Assembly: GCA_002104905.1 (NCBI GenBank)
Contig: MCFE01000460.1
Span: forward strand, 1 to 64,000
Direction of reading: 5' to 3'
DNA length: 64,000 bases
From: Basidiobolus meristosporus CBS 931.73
Lineage: Eukaryota > Fungi > Basidiobolomycota
The position numbers and the translations under genes were made by a program. Positions 12,195 through 25,197 of the stretch are shown in pieces. Each line of letters starts with the position of its first letter. Within the stretch, counting starts at the first letter, position 1. Below the pieces are notes generated by a model. That model was not told the origin of the DNA. It did no database searches and saw only the letters and a program-made list of their open reading frames with translations.

Positions 12195-14329
12195 GCAACC
12201 TTCTCCGCCAAACTGAATTTCTTCCAGCATTTTTACTAATATAAGTTCAACCAAGAAGTACATTTTATTATATTGCTTCTACTTTCATCGGATATCTTGA
12301 TCTTCTAGACTCAAAACCTGATATCAATAAAATCCATTTCTAAATGACCTCCTGGCTGCTGTCCCTTCTGCGCGACCATCTGTGCGCCCGATCCCCAGTC
12401 CGTCGACGCCCTCACGCTGTCAAAGTCGAGGACCAGTATTTGTTACACGAATGCGGTGGTGACGAAATCTGCACTTCCCCATATCGATCGCTCATGCGGC
12501 GAGCTGGCGAGAACCGGTTTGGGTAACACAATCTCGACCTGGGACATGATTGGCCGCAGATCCATCTGGCTGATGACGAACTGTAGATGAATCATCCTTT
12601 TGGGCAGCTAGGAAGGCGAGGAAAAATAGAATGTTCAGTGAATGCGAAAAACGTACAATTATGGTAGCCAACCAGCGGCGTGAATCCGTATTTACGCTTC
12701 TAGAAATATCTGCTTGAAAGACGTACACCAAGGGGATCTAGTGGCCCTTGGTATCCTACGTGCTTAGTGTGTATCAGTCGGTGATGAAGTAAACACACAG
12801 CTAACCAAATTCAATCCAGTCATCGCCTCCGCCAGTTTGAGACTCGCAATGCATGATTGGCCGGCCTCAACAGGATGGTTGATTGATATGCTTGTATATT
12901 TCTTCAGTAGGCCACTGTAGAGGATTCATTGTGCCCAATGTCGAATGATTCAGCCCTTATACAGTCTATATCGACTTTGATATTGCAAATGCAGCTGTAT
13001 CCCGAGTGCTGTGTTTTGGCGAGACCATTGAAACATAGCATGCATTCAAGTGGTTGGGTGTGATCCTTCGGACTGCGGTCTTTCTTGGTATGTTCTTGTT
13101 CTACAGTACGTGTACATCTCAAGCATAGATGCGGCATGTAGACAGCACACCTGTACTGTTTTGGCATCTTGAGGTGGCTATACATCCCGCTGAGATCAAT
13201 CCGGCCTACGCCACAGCGCTTATCGTACAGTGGCCATCAGCAGTGGGAATTCAATTTCTAATACAGCACTTTGGATTCTGAAGAATCCTCCAGCTCGAGA
13301 AGCTCATTGGCAACAACACCTGAGGAGTTGCTAAAACGACACGAACCCAGGATATGGTCCTACTTCCTGCTGCAAATAGCTGGTGTTACACGCACATCAC
13401 GACCCCCTCAATTGGTGCAGGCTTGTACTGAATTTCTCGGTGTAACCTATTCGTAACTGATTTTCGAGATCTCCGAAAATTCATGGAGTAAGCTAGAGGT
13501 TGAAAATTTTTCGTTCTACCCCGATTGACCCTAACCACACTACAAACTTGGATTCCCATTCAACCTTATTATTGGTTTCACAAGCTCCTACAGATGTATC
13601 CTATTTCTGGATTGCCAATCGACTAACCGCTGAAGAGCAAATGTTCCGAGCCCAAACACCATTCATAACCACGTTGAGTATAGCAGATAATGGGAGTGTA
13701 TTCTCACTGTTGTAACAGGTGCAATACTCAATGTGCCTCTATCCACTCCAAAATTATCCACTGACCTAGATACATTGTCAACCTTTACTTGTCTGTGCGC
13801 CTGTGAAATACCCGTACTTCTCAGGGTATGTTCTTCTATTGCCGCTTCAAAATAAATTTCAGAATTCGTTGTCTTCGAAAAAATATCCGTATTGACTAAA
13901 TCATGCATCACCCCATGCTGCACTGAAAAAACTATTTTCATGTCGTGCTAGACAACCTCGTACTAATTCTTCTATGGTTCTCTGTCTTTTCCCACAAGCT
14001 CTTGGTGGTATACCGCTGCACTTACATCCTCACATTTTGTACCACTCATACCTTATGATATATAGTCAGTGGCTGGTTTTTATGATTTGCTTATTGAGAT
14101 GGCATTTCAAGGCCTATATTCTGCATGTAGCACTAAACATGATTATGGCCTCAAGCTCTGATACTTTAAAACTACAAGCTGAATCTGTCTCAGGTAATTA
14201 GCTTTTCACCTGCCTACTCTATTCATACATGTGATATATAAAGTACTTTCTTATGATATTGGTGGTGTTTACTCTGAGATGATTTGGATAATAGTTCTCA
14301 AAACTAGTGAAGATGTTGAAGAGTTGTCA

Positions 14330-14530
14330 GATATTTAAAGTCTGAAGATACTGAAGAACACTGAATACTGCACACATCTTTCTGGAATCTTTGCCAAAAT
14401 ATACCTACCATTACTTTACCGAGTTTAGGCAAAAGTATAAATGCCTTATTTGAGTTCAACAAATTGATCAGTGAAATATCACACCTAGCTGCTCCAAGTC
14501 ACGTAAAAGTCCTGTCACTTTCTGTATATT
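14330..14530 (+). repeat. Possible ancient LTR remnant
   Basis: The sequence ggcaaaagtataaatgccttatttgagttcaacaaattgatcagtgaaa resembles the LTR segment ggtaaaagtataaatactacttttacattcaataaatcattaagtgaaa. Boundaries are approximate. Confidence 0.35.
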
Positions 14531-15243
14531 TTCAATTCAATTGGAGCTTTTGTCAATGTCCATACGGTATTCTGCTAGTGTTTATCGAATATTCATACTG
14601 GGGCAATGTCTTGAGTTGGTCTACTCAGGCTTCCGCAATTACATATTTTTACTCTTGAAAAACTCTACTAGTTGGATATTGCAGTGACTACCCTTCAAAA
14701 GATTCACAAGTATTACTCAGTGATCACCATTGATGCTACAACACCAATATTGCTGATGGATAAAAGACAAAAAATGAATGTATGTATCATTACCAGTATC
14801 ATAGATAATATATACTTAGTATTCAGACATATCACTTTAATAGCAACATAACACCGTTAGTGTATAATTAACCTGAAGTCCCTGTATTCCTGGCTATAGT
14901 TCACTGTTACATTTAAACTGAGTTGCCCATATATCGTGAGGTTAATCAGGGTTAAGGACCTTCTGCCTTGCTAGAACCACAAAGCATCGAACCTACCTCT
15001 ACTATAAATAACATTTCTTCATTTTCCATAACCCTGATCATGAAGGACTTTACCATCACATGGTGGGCGATGTTAATCTGGGAGTTATTTAACCACTGAT
15101 TAAAAAATCAATTAAATCTAGGCATGCGTAGGGAATTGAATGCTTTAAACATCAGAGGTGAACGGATTGATTTTTTTACGATATTATACACTTTATAAGC
15201 TTTAGCTCATTTATTGTGCAAGTATTTCAGTCTGCGAGTCAAT

Positions 15244-17746
15244 ATGAAGGTCGCGGTCGAAGGTTGTTGTCATGGTGAGTTAGATAAGATCTACGCTACC
15301 ATTGAACATATACGAGAAGTAGAAGGAATCACTATAGATTTATTATTGATATGTGGCGATTTTCAGGTAAGCTATGTCAAGCATAAGGCAGAAAGATCGG
15401 TCGAGTTGCTTGAAGTATACATGTCGAACTGAAGTAATTTAGCTTTCTCTTTGTTTTCACGTAGGCGATTCGAAATGAAGCCGATATGGATTGTCTTTCT
15501 TGCCCCCCAAAATACCGACAATTGGGGACTTTTTGGGAATACTATACAGGCATAAAAACCGCCCCAGTACCGACAATCTTTATAGGAGGAAATCATGAGG
15601 CTAGTAACTACTTAACTGAACTGTAGGTATCACGTTTTTTCAATTGCCCTCCAAATACGTGATCACTCTCCGTCGGGGGTTGCCAAGTGTGTGTCGTTCT
15701 CATCTTGTACCTTTTAGCTACCATGGTGGTTGGGTTTGCAAGAATATTTACTACCTGGGCACAGCTGGGGTTATAAATTTCGGCGGTGTACGAATCGGAG
15801 GGCTTTCGGGAATTTACAAACGTGAGGATTTCTTTAAAGGTAAGTGCCTGGGCTTTGCTTCGACTTTTTACGATATCCTTGTTGAAGCATGGTGAGCTAA
15901 ACACCATTCATCGGAATGTTTGAAATCTAGGCCACCACGAAGTTCCCCCCTACACAGCCCAAGATCTTAGAAGTGTTTATCATGTTCGGCGCTACGATGC
16001 TGAAAAGCTTCTACAGGTTGGCTCCTTATATTCGGTATTGACTTCGGAAGGTTGGGTCGTTGATGTTCTTTGATTGTCAGATTAAGAAACCACTGGATAT
16101 TTTCCTATCGCATGATTGGCCTAGAGGAATCGAGCAGCATGGAGACGTTCATGCACTGCTACGGAAGAAGCCATTTTTCCGTGACGAAGTAAAGACTGTT
16201 TGTTTTCTTAAAATAGAACCACTGTTCTAATCATGAATTCATTTCGAAGGTAAGAACGAATACCTTAGGGAGTCCTGTCAATGAAGATATCTTGAATAAT
16301 GTAAAACCAAAATTCTGGTTCTCTGCCCACTTGCATGTTAAATTTGCAGCCATCGTTCGACATCAAACACCTGGAAATGCGCACCCGCCAATCTCTCAGC
16401 CAGTAATGACAAAAGTGCATCAGGCTCAACAGCTCACCCATGTTCACCAAAATCCCGACGAGATTGTCTTGGATGACGAACTGGGTATGCCAGAGCAAGT
16501 CACAAACCCAGATGAGATTGTCTTGGATGATGAGCTGGATATGCCAGAGAAAGTCACCAACCCAGATGAGATAGCTCTGGACGTAGAGTTGGATGTTATT
16601 CAAATCAGCAACCCAGATGAAATATCTTTAGATCAGGACATGGACCTGATTGATTCTAGTATAGAAGAGCTAGTTTCCGATAAGCAGCCTACCACAGCAG
16701 AGACTGGAAATTCCGAGGAAATCCAACTCGAAGATATTCTCGACGATCCCGTGATACCCAACATTGGCGCAGGTCCAGAGGTGGACGTTACTGAGGAGAC
16801 CGCTCGTAAAGAGGAAAGCAATGCTCATCAGAAAGAGCATGATGTGGTGATGAATCCTGATGAAATCAACTTGGATGAGCTAGACGATGATCGAGTTGAA
16901 TCCAATTCAACACAGTCGCGTTCTGTCAATACATTTTGTTATGAAGCTACAAATGCACAACCCCAAACAACTAGATTTCTCTCATTAGATAAATGTCTTC
17001 CGCGACGTGATTTTCTCCAGGTATGCAACCTATGATTTTGATACTATTTCGACTGATTTTAAGCTGTCCCCATGCTGCAGGTGGTTGATATTCCTAGCGA
17101 TCCTAATATCCCTAAAGAATTCCGCTACGACCCTGAATGGCTGGCTATTACCAAGAGCACCCAAGAATACTTAACACTCTCTAGGTATCAGGCACCTATG
17201 CCGGATCGAGATGCGTTAAGCCAAAGTATAGAAGAAAATGCCACCTGGATACGGGAAAACCTCAATGCCAACACACTGAAGATACCAGATAACTTCGAAA
17301 TTGTTGCCCCACCCTACTCGCCCATGAAACCATTAGCTCACCACAGTGCTGAACGAGTTGATTTACGTAGGCATTCTCCCTTTGGAACGATAAATGTATA
17401 CTCACTAATGTAAACCTGCTTCCAGAGCGAGTATTTGATAATCCTCAAACCGAAGCATTCTGCAGGTTGATCCAAATTGAAAACAAGATTGCTAAATTGG
17501 CAGGTAGGCCTCACTGCAGTTTCGTAATTGAGTACATCCTCTGACCTGTTTCTACTAGTGATTGACGAGCCCTACGATCCAGAAGCTGAGATGATATCAT
17601 TGACACCCTTATCCGCCCCGCCTATTAACATGCCGTCACCATCATACTCTGGACTTACAAACCCAAGCCAACTCGACATGCATCCTCTTACAGGTGCTCT
17701 ATCCACCCCCACCAATGCTCCCCTAGACGATGTGTACATTCCATGA
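15244..17746 (+). CDS. DBR1: RNA lariat debranching enzyme (multi-exon)
   Basis: [80 protein letters not shown] and NPQTEAFC motifs, separated by short GT-AG introns (first intron 15367-15464). The last exon is inferred. Confidence 0.95.
16451..16632 (+). repeat. Coding tandem repeat in DBR1 (54/54/51-nt units, NPDEIxLDxE)
   Basis: Units start at 16451, 16505, 16559 and 16610. Confidence 0.9.
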
Positions 17747-20409
17747 ATCTACATCGTGCCTTCAATAAGGAATTTTTACTTCGTTTACCCTCTTTTCGCA
17801 ACATCACAACTACATAGCTATGACTTGGCCATAATTTCCCAGACGACCCAGCCAAGAAGAGTTTGGCACAAGCCTGAAATCTTAATTTGACTCATCGGGA
17901 TAAACCCATACAGTGACCTGTTGACTATGGTCGACTATATCGAATTCTGTAGATTCCCTCGATGATTTTAATAAAATACGTTTGTAAACGATAATGGTAT
18001 TCTAGGTTGGAAATTACAATCGTACACGTGACATTATTGCGGGTAAGCCTGGCGCAAAAGCTATGCATACAAAACCACAACCTGCAATGCCAACGATGTT
18101 GCAGAATAGGCACACAGCAAAGCAGTGCCACAACACTTCACAAGTCAGTTATCACATGACCCTGGGCTAAACTTCATGCCCAGCATTCAGATTAGCCCTC
18201 ATGCTATTAACCCCATACTTTAGCACCTTTGATATTTGTACAAAATTCTAGTGGCCTGTTATCTTGAAATCAGAGAGTAAAAGCCGTGTAACCCGTCGGC
18301 ACTGAAACCAGACACCATTCTAGGTTATGGGCAAGTCTAATGTCTACACTGAACCTTGTATCCGGTAACACTCTTGAAACAAGTCACCAATAGAAACTCT
18401 GAGATTGAATTGTATGTTGTCATAGCCGCTCCTATAACCTAGTCAAAGTTCTGGGAATATGATAAGAGAAGTCTACTTTTTCACTCAATCAACGAATGTC
18501 ACCTTTCACACATGGCGAATAAAATGTATAGCTTCACTCCGGACGGCCAAAGCCTCCCCGTCATATGTAAGTAGCTGATCCAGTATCTTGTCTTATAGAA
18601 GAATAGAGAATTCTAAGCTCCATATTTCCTTTCCTTATAAGTCACTCAGACCTATATTTCACCACTTACCCATATGTGCTCGGCAACAAACAGAGAAAGT
18701 TTTGAATCGAGTTTGAAATAGAATGTCCCCTAATTTGGACGCGGTTTCAAGCTCCGCGATTGGATCACGGATACAAATCCACCACCGCTTACTATGAAAC
18801 AAGATTCTCGACCACGCAATAAGTCAGGAATGAAACCAATAAACTCAATCTATCAGAGTGGAGCTTCTGAAACCTTATCGCGTCCCACCCTCGAAAGCCC
18901 AATTACCGTATTTGGATTCTGAGTGGGAAAACATGACTTGCTATAGCGATTACATTGATAGTGATCGGTGACTGATGTTTTTGATCTGAACGCATATTAT
19001 GCGGGATGATGAAGTTTCTCATAATGGGCTGGTCCCGGCAAGTGGCAGCTTGTGTCTATGGTTGAATTTGGGATGGAGATACACATATATCAAGTGGATT
19101 TGAAACAGCGGTCTTATGGAGGCTTTACGGACTACAAAGTCGGAAGGGGCATTTTGAGAACATTTGTGGCTAGGCATTTTCTCGCGGCGGGATTCAGACT
19201 TGTGACAAACACCCATTGACATTTGGTGAGATATCATTATTATTATTATTAGTATTATTCTAACTTTCCGCACGACCAACTTGCTAACTAGATCTACGTC
19301 TATCGATCAGTTTTGGTTATGCTCATATTTGGCCATTCTGTTTATCGTAGATCACATTGGCATTTGAAACTCTATTGCAAGTGATGAGATCGTTACCACG
19401 ATTCCTACTAATTAGGGAGCATCACAAATAAATAGATCAATGAACTCATCAACCATATCGATAGCCTTGAAACCTATGTACAGATATGGCAGTCGCTCAA
19501 GAAAAAAAACAAGGAGTGGTGCCTTCTTTGTCCATGTGTATTAAAGGCTGCGAGGGTATCAATGTCTTTCCGGAACCAAGGTTTAGTACCACCATCCGCG
19601 GTTTACGGATTAGGAAGGAGGTTTCAGCAAGCGATAGCAAATGTAAATGATACTGAATATAACCACGACATGCAGGATATAGTTACTTAACACCCAAAAA
19701 TAACTGAGTTTATACTGATAAATAAATGCGACTTGCGGCATGGTTGGTGGTGCGGATATACTAGACACTCAGATGTCGGTGTGTGAATGAGGGCTTATCG
19801 ACCATTATCAACAGTCACCAATGTGTTGCGCAAACGATCACTGGGTTGGGATGAAGCACTTGAAATTATGTATCTTTGATGGCACGCGACGATTCGCAGC
19901 CTGACAAAAGTATTGAATGCATAATCATGATGCCTGTGTTCAACTTGGATGCATCGAGTTTTTTCCTGGTAAGAGTTGTGTCTATCGAAGCGTTTCCAAC
20001 ATTTTTTCAATCGCGACAGATGATTCGAGTGTAGAAAGGGGGCTTTATCTTGAGGCCTAGCAAAGACTAGTCTTTTTCACCTAATGCATGCTATAATAAG
20101 CCAGGTCAACCATTACTTTTTGAACTGAGACCATTACCAGATATGGAGGAAATTGACTAACTCAACATAGATGCTTAGTGTAAAATTCCACCTGAAATGG
20201 GATCATTCGTCCATATCAAATCCAATTATGTCAGAGGCTACTGGGGATGTTTCTCCTTAACATATTTTTATAAATTCCATACAAGTGGCTCAAATCTTGA
20301 GCAATATAAAAGTACCAAGACTGCCTGGCCAAACATTTCATTCGACTTTCAATAATTCATCACTTAGAGTTTTCAAGCTTTTTTAAACTTGTTCTCATTT
20401 GACCATAGT

Positions 20410-21144
20410 ATGGAATTTTTCACACAAACATTTTCGATCTTCCCAGTGAACCCTAGCAACCTTTCAGATGCTCTGCGACCCAAAAGACGGCAGGTGAAGA
20501 ATGCCTGTATCAACTGCCAAAAGGCCTGCAAGAAATGTGATGAAGGTCGGCCCTGCCAAAGATGCATCAAATACGGACTTGGTGATACTTGTCGTGATTC
20601 AACACGAAAAGAGCGTAGAAAAGGGGAAAGAAGGGGTCCATATCTCAAGAAAGAAACCAAACCTCGTTATACCACTCCGCATAACGAGCCCCATTTTTCG
20701 GTCATCTCCCCAAACACCACCGTATCGAAAGTTCAAGCATTACCAAGGAACATTGAGCAACAACAACTGATGCAGAAGAATGAAGCGAGTACTAGGTCCG
20801 CATCCCCTGCCTCTTCTGCCGATTCTCAGTCAGATATTTTGAAAACACCACCACCAAGCCCCCTCTTTGATGGGAATACTAATACCGATGTTGAGGACAT
20901 GTCCTATGACAGCTATTCATCGAAGATCCCTCTCATGTTCAATGATTATATCCAAAGTTCAAAACCATCGGAGATATATACACCAGTATTACCGGAACTT
21001 CCATCGTTGCCTTCTCTACATACTCAAGGTATCAACTGTTCTTACAACAATTCCTGGATGGAGTCCAACCTTCAACTGCCACCGCTAAGTAACAATACGC
21101 CATTGCCGTCTATTCGCGAGGTTCTTTCGTCCATCAATTGCTAA
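20410..21144 (+). CDS. Zn(II)2Cys6 transcription factor (Ert1/AcuK-like cluster, no PAS domain)
   Basis: RRQVKNACINCQKACKKCDEGRPCQRCIKYGLGDTCRDSTRKERRKG, followed by a Ser/Pro-rich tail ending LPSIREVL. First ATG at 20410. Confidence 0.9.
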   Translation: MEFFTQTFSIFPVNPSNLSDALRPKRRQVKNACINCQKACKKCDEGRPCQRCIKYGLGDTCRDSTRKERRKGERRGPYLKKETKPRYTTPHNEPHFSVISPNTTVSKVQALPRNIEQQQLMQKNEASTRSASPASSADSQSDILKTPPPSPLFDGNTNTDVEDMSYDSYSSKIPLMFNDYIQSSKPSEIYTPVLPELPSLPSLHTQGINCSYNNSWMESNLQLPPLSNNTPLPSIREVLSSINC

Positions 21145-22735
21145 ATCTGAATGTCCATAATGTATTATATTTTGTATCTCATCCACACTGTACATTTCCA
21201 ATCAAAGTTTCACCCGACATTCATAAAATGGAACATATTCAAGAGTCTGTTCAATTGGTAATAAAGATGCCCAACATACAAGCAATTCACAGGCACACTG
21301 TGGTTAGTACCGTGGAAATTCGGCATTTTTACAACCGTCCCGCATAAACAGGATATACAATGTTCCCTTTGGTGTAGCCACGGTATAATAGGGTAGTCGA
21401 TGCTCAACCGGAGTCGAAATGAATTGCAGCCAGCCGAATCAACAAACAATATTAAAATGATGAGATGTGTTGTAACAAATATGGTATCAGGCGTGAACTG
21501 AAGCCTGAACGCCCTTCACTCCTGCAGAAAATCATATGAATAGATCAGCCAGTACAAACTCTAGGCAATAACCGGTTGGCAAAGTCAAGCTGCAAATGCT
21601 TAGTCACGATACTGGCATATTTAGGAGATGGTTTATGATATTGGGGTGTCTCAGATTAGCAACCACCTACATTGATTGTGCCGATAAGCAGACCAGCGAA
21701 TTTCTAGGCCACTATGCTACGACATCCTACATATATCATAGTGCATTCTTCGTAGCATTTATGAGACCAATGGCCAACTCCATGTGTAGAAGTGAAACCT
21801 GGCAACACCCTGAACGTTTTGGTTGTCAATGACATAACCAAAGTTTATCTCAATTCTAATTCCACTTGGGGCCCAACCACAACGCTTCGCAACACACCAT
21901 TGCCACACACTGTTCGCCGCTCAAGGATTGTGTGTGTTCTCGATCAGCCAATCCCTGACAATCGAATCCATGTTTCTTCAAGTCACGAGGTGGTAGAGAG
22001 AAACCTCATCTAGTACAGAACCGAGGCCCGCTGTTTAATGGGTGCTAGCTGGCCACACTAGCTTGTGGCTATTGCGTTTATTATTGTTCCTTCCCGCTGG
22101 AGCCGTCCAAAACCTTACTGTGTGAGGTTAGGGCAGTCAGGTTGAGCGCGGCCCCTTTCAACGCAATAATGAAGCGCTGTTTCGTGTGACGCACGGGAAT
22201 GTGATTATTTGAGAGAGGGTTCTTATTTCAGAGCTCGCCCAGGGCAAGCGGAGATACTATGAACTATCGTTCACCGTCGTTCGGTTGGCTGCCATATCCG
22301 CCACGTTACACCTTGCCTCGTAACCGAAAGCGCACCGGCAGCTTTCAAACTCAACTGTGGGACACGCTCTCGAAAACAAGTCCCGGAATATTGGTTGTGC
22401 CAGTGAGTACACCATTGGTTGGCGTTGGATAAGAAGGATGATCATAAAAATGTTCAGAGGCGCCAGGGTATTTGTCGAAGCGCCCGCGGTGATGCTTCAA
22501 ACAACCGTGTAGAACACAACGTGCTTCAGTACGTACACCCCTTGGAGACTCGGATATCAGCCTGGACAGCTATTGGGACCTGGTCATCAACGGGAAGCGC
22601 GTTCGTGGCCTCACCTATCCTATTGGTGGTGGGGGGAGGCAACGGGGCTCGCGAGCCCAGAAGAATACAACGAAGTGGTTTCTTAAGATAGTGGGGTTTA
22701 TTCGAAAAATTCCGGTACAAAATGGGAATACAAAA

Positions 22736-23065
22736 TCAGAGGTTCAGCTCCTCGCAAGCCTTCTTGGCCTTCTCCTTGTCCTTGGCGCTCACGGAGTTCC
22801 CAGAGCCGGTGGACTGAAGGGAGCATGTGGCGCAGTCTTCGAAGTTGTCAAAATACTTGCTTGTACACAGGCAATCCTTCAGCGCCTTGCGGGACAGCGC
22901 GGTGTTGGTGCTGGCCTTCTCGATTTTGCTCTTGCACCCGCCGCCCAACGCCTGGAAACATCTGCTGCACTCCGGGGACGAGGTGAACTTCAACCCGCTC
23001 GAGATGGTAATCATGGAGAATATCAAAAGGGTGGCTAGGATGAGGAGGAATTTGGAGAAGCCCAT
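22736..23065 (-). CDS. Small secreted cysteine-rich protein (109 aa, 8 Cys)
   Basis: Hydrophobic N-terminal signal peptide, C-x2-C-x7-C-x20-C-x-C-x10-C-x2-C-x22-C pattern, GC-rich third codon positions, and TATAAA about 65 nt upstream. Confidence 0.8.
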   Translation of the reverse strand: MGFSKFLLILATLLIFSMITISSGLKFTSSPECSRCFQALGGGCKSKIEKASTNTALSRKALKDCLCTSKYFDNFEDCATCSLQSTGSGNSVSAKDKEKAKKACEELNL

Positions 23066-24080
23066 GGTCGATCAGTATTATGCTAGTGGTGGAGTGTTTG
23101 CTGTGGTGGTGTAGGTCTTGGTGTAGCATTTATAAACCTCCAACATCCCTGCGAGGATGACCAGGAATCTTCTTTCCTGCAGTCCTTCAAATTAGTGATG
23201 GTTCTAAGGAGGCTGCAGACGCCTCAATGGTATGCGATTTCATGACCTGATCTGCGTATATTCCATGAACCCTTGATTGAGATCCATCTCGTCTCGTTGT
23301 CTTGGACGAACAAAGGTTGGATTTTCCTTTGTGGAAAGCTCGAATCAGTTACACCACATGCCGAAATGAATCTTCTCAGCGCATCGATATGCAAGGGAAT
23401 TTGACCAAATCTTCACCGAAGATCCATGGGGACCTCCTGATTTCTCTCTTGAACCTGCTTCGGCTCCGTGAAAGATCCCATCAAGCATTGGCAATTTGCT
23501 GGGATCCTGCAGGACGCTGCGCCGAGAGGAGGTTAATATGCGCGGCTACGCTGGATGCTCAACGACCAACCGTGACCCACTCCTCTCTTTGTGTCTGTTG
23601 AATGCTCATTTGGCCATTTGCGTACATCCTCATGAAGGCAAAATTCATTTCACTGCAATACGACGTATCTGTATGCAAATCTACTGTATGTGTGCCGAGC
23701 AACCAAATGATCTAACGAACTGCATCCCGCATACTCTTCGAGTGGGAACGGCGAGCACCCACAATTCGAGGCTGTCATGCGTCCGTGTGCCGAAAAGAAA
23801 ATCGCTGGAGCTTCTTCGGTCGTGGTCGAGTTCCCTGCCCTCTGTAGGCCACCCAAAGATTGCTCGTTGCCCAGGTGAAAAAGGCGGATCATACCAGGTG
23901 CTCCCCTCACCCTGATCCCCAAGAAATAACAATCGGTCCTTCATGTTCATTATAATAAACCACTTTAATCAATAGAGCATTATCTAAAATATATCCAGCT
24001 AAGCTATGGTCACTACGCTGTGTTCAAGGGAGAAGAAGCATCGGCAGTAACGCCGCCCAGTAAAGGGCGCTAAATACAGG

Positions 24081-24459
24081 CTAGTGTTCCATTTCCTCCT
24101 CCACACCGCGGATGTACAACACATTGTTGCATCTATAGGGGGAGAGTTAATGATCAGAGGTCGGGAGCGTAGGAACAAGGGAAAATATACCTGATCAGAA
24201 CTTCGCCAAGGGCTCCGGTGGAGGCGCCGTCGGTGAACTCCTCGGTGTTGGCCAACTGGATGTTCATGTAAGAATCCACGGAAACCAAGAATCCCTTGTA
24301 TTCAGTGCCCCATTTGAGGTGAACGATGACCGGCTTTCCGGTGAGTTCTTGTAGGTAAGGACGGGGGTTGACTGGAGCGAACTAGAAACAGAAGAAGTAC
24401 ACGCTTAGTTTCACGAGCGAACCGTTCTCAAGGATCAACGTGTTCCTTACCGAGGCCAT
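24081..24459 (-). CDS. SMX3: Small nuclear ribonucleoprotein F (SmF), 3 exons
   Basis: Spliced product MAS|[49 protein letters not shown]...LGEVLIR|[16 protein letters not shown]. First intron 24382-24450 is GT-AG. Too short for the ORF track. Confidence 0.95.
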
Positions 24460-25197
24460 GTTTTGAAGAGGAGAGAACGATTAAAGTAAGCTTAGATTGA
24501 ACGTAACTTGTACGTAGGGAAATCCCCAATCACCTCAAATATCACTTCAGGCGCGTAATCCAAACTTCGCCATTTTTGGCTTGGTGATGAAAAAAAATGA
24601 AAAATTTCTGATGATGCGTCTGTGTAAATCGGTTTAGTTCGATATGGGGAACTTGGTGTTAGCTTGTGGGTTGCTCCCATGGAATGCTTAAGTAGTGGAT
24701 TAAAATTATGCAGGTTACATTAGGGTTGGCCATGCTTCCTTATAACTTCTCGATGCACTAATATCATTTGGCAATAAGTGAAGGCCCGCTGGATACTTGG
24801 TGTGACTGAAGCAACGTGCTGGCTCCTTTACGGTGGCTTGCCTGCTTCGCTTGTCTATTCCTCTTGCCCCCGTGAGCACTTCGGCCAACTGTTTTACGCA
24901 TTGGAGGCGAGAAAAGATTGTGTGATGCGTGTACCGCAAAGCGGTGTCTTAGCAGGGGGCTGCTCCTTTTCAAGACGAAATTCCTTACGGGAAACGTATC
25001 CCCTCGAGAGGAACACTTGTATGTCATTCTCATTGACTTTCCTTTAATGATTATTTGAGATGATACTGAATCAGCTATCTTGGATAGTAAGAAGGATGAT
25101 ACACTGAGGTCAAGTGTTTACGCGGATGGTGGTACATTGATTACTATATTCAACTTGGATGTGACTAAGCATTTACAACAGCGGACGTACATAACAC

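Noticed and set aside
12340-13950. Several short ORFs with faint kinase-like words (HGVMHDL, AHRQVKVDNV)
   Set aside because: Order and spacing are inconsistent, and the matches are at chance level.
19235-19260. (TAT)n microsatellite
   Set aside because: Short, ordinary simple repeat.
15244-24459. DBR1 and SmF as a splicing gene cluster
   Set aside because: They are 6 kb apart with unrelated genes between them, so there is no evidence of functional clustering.
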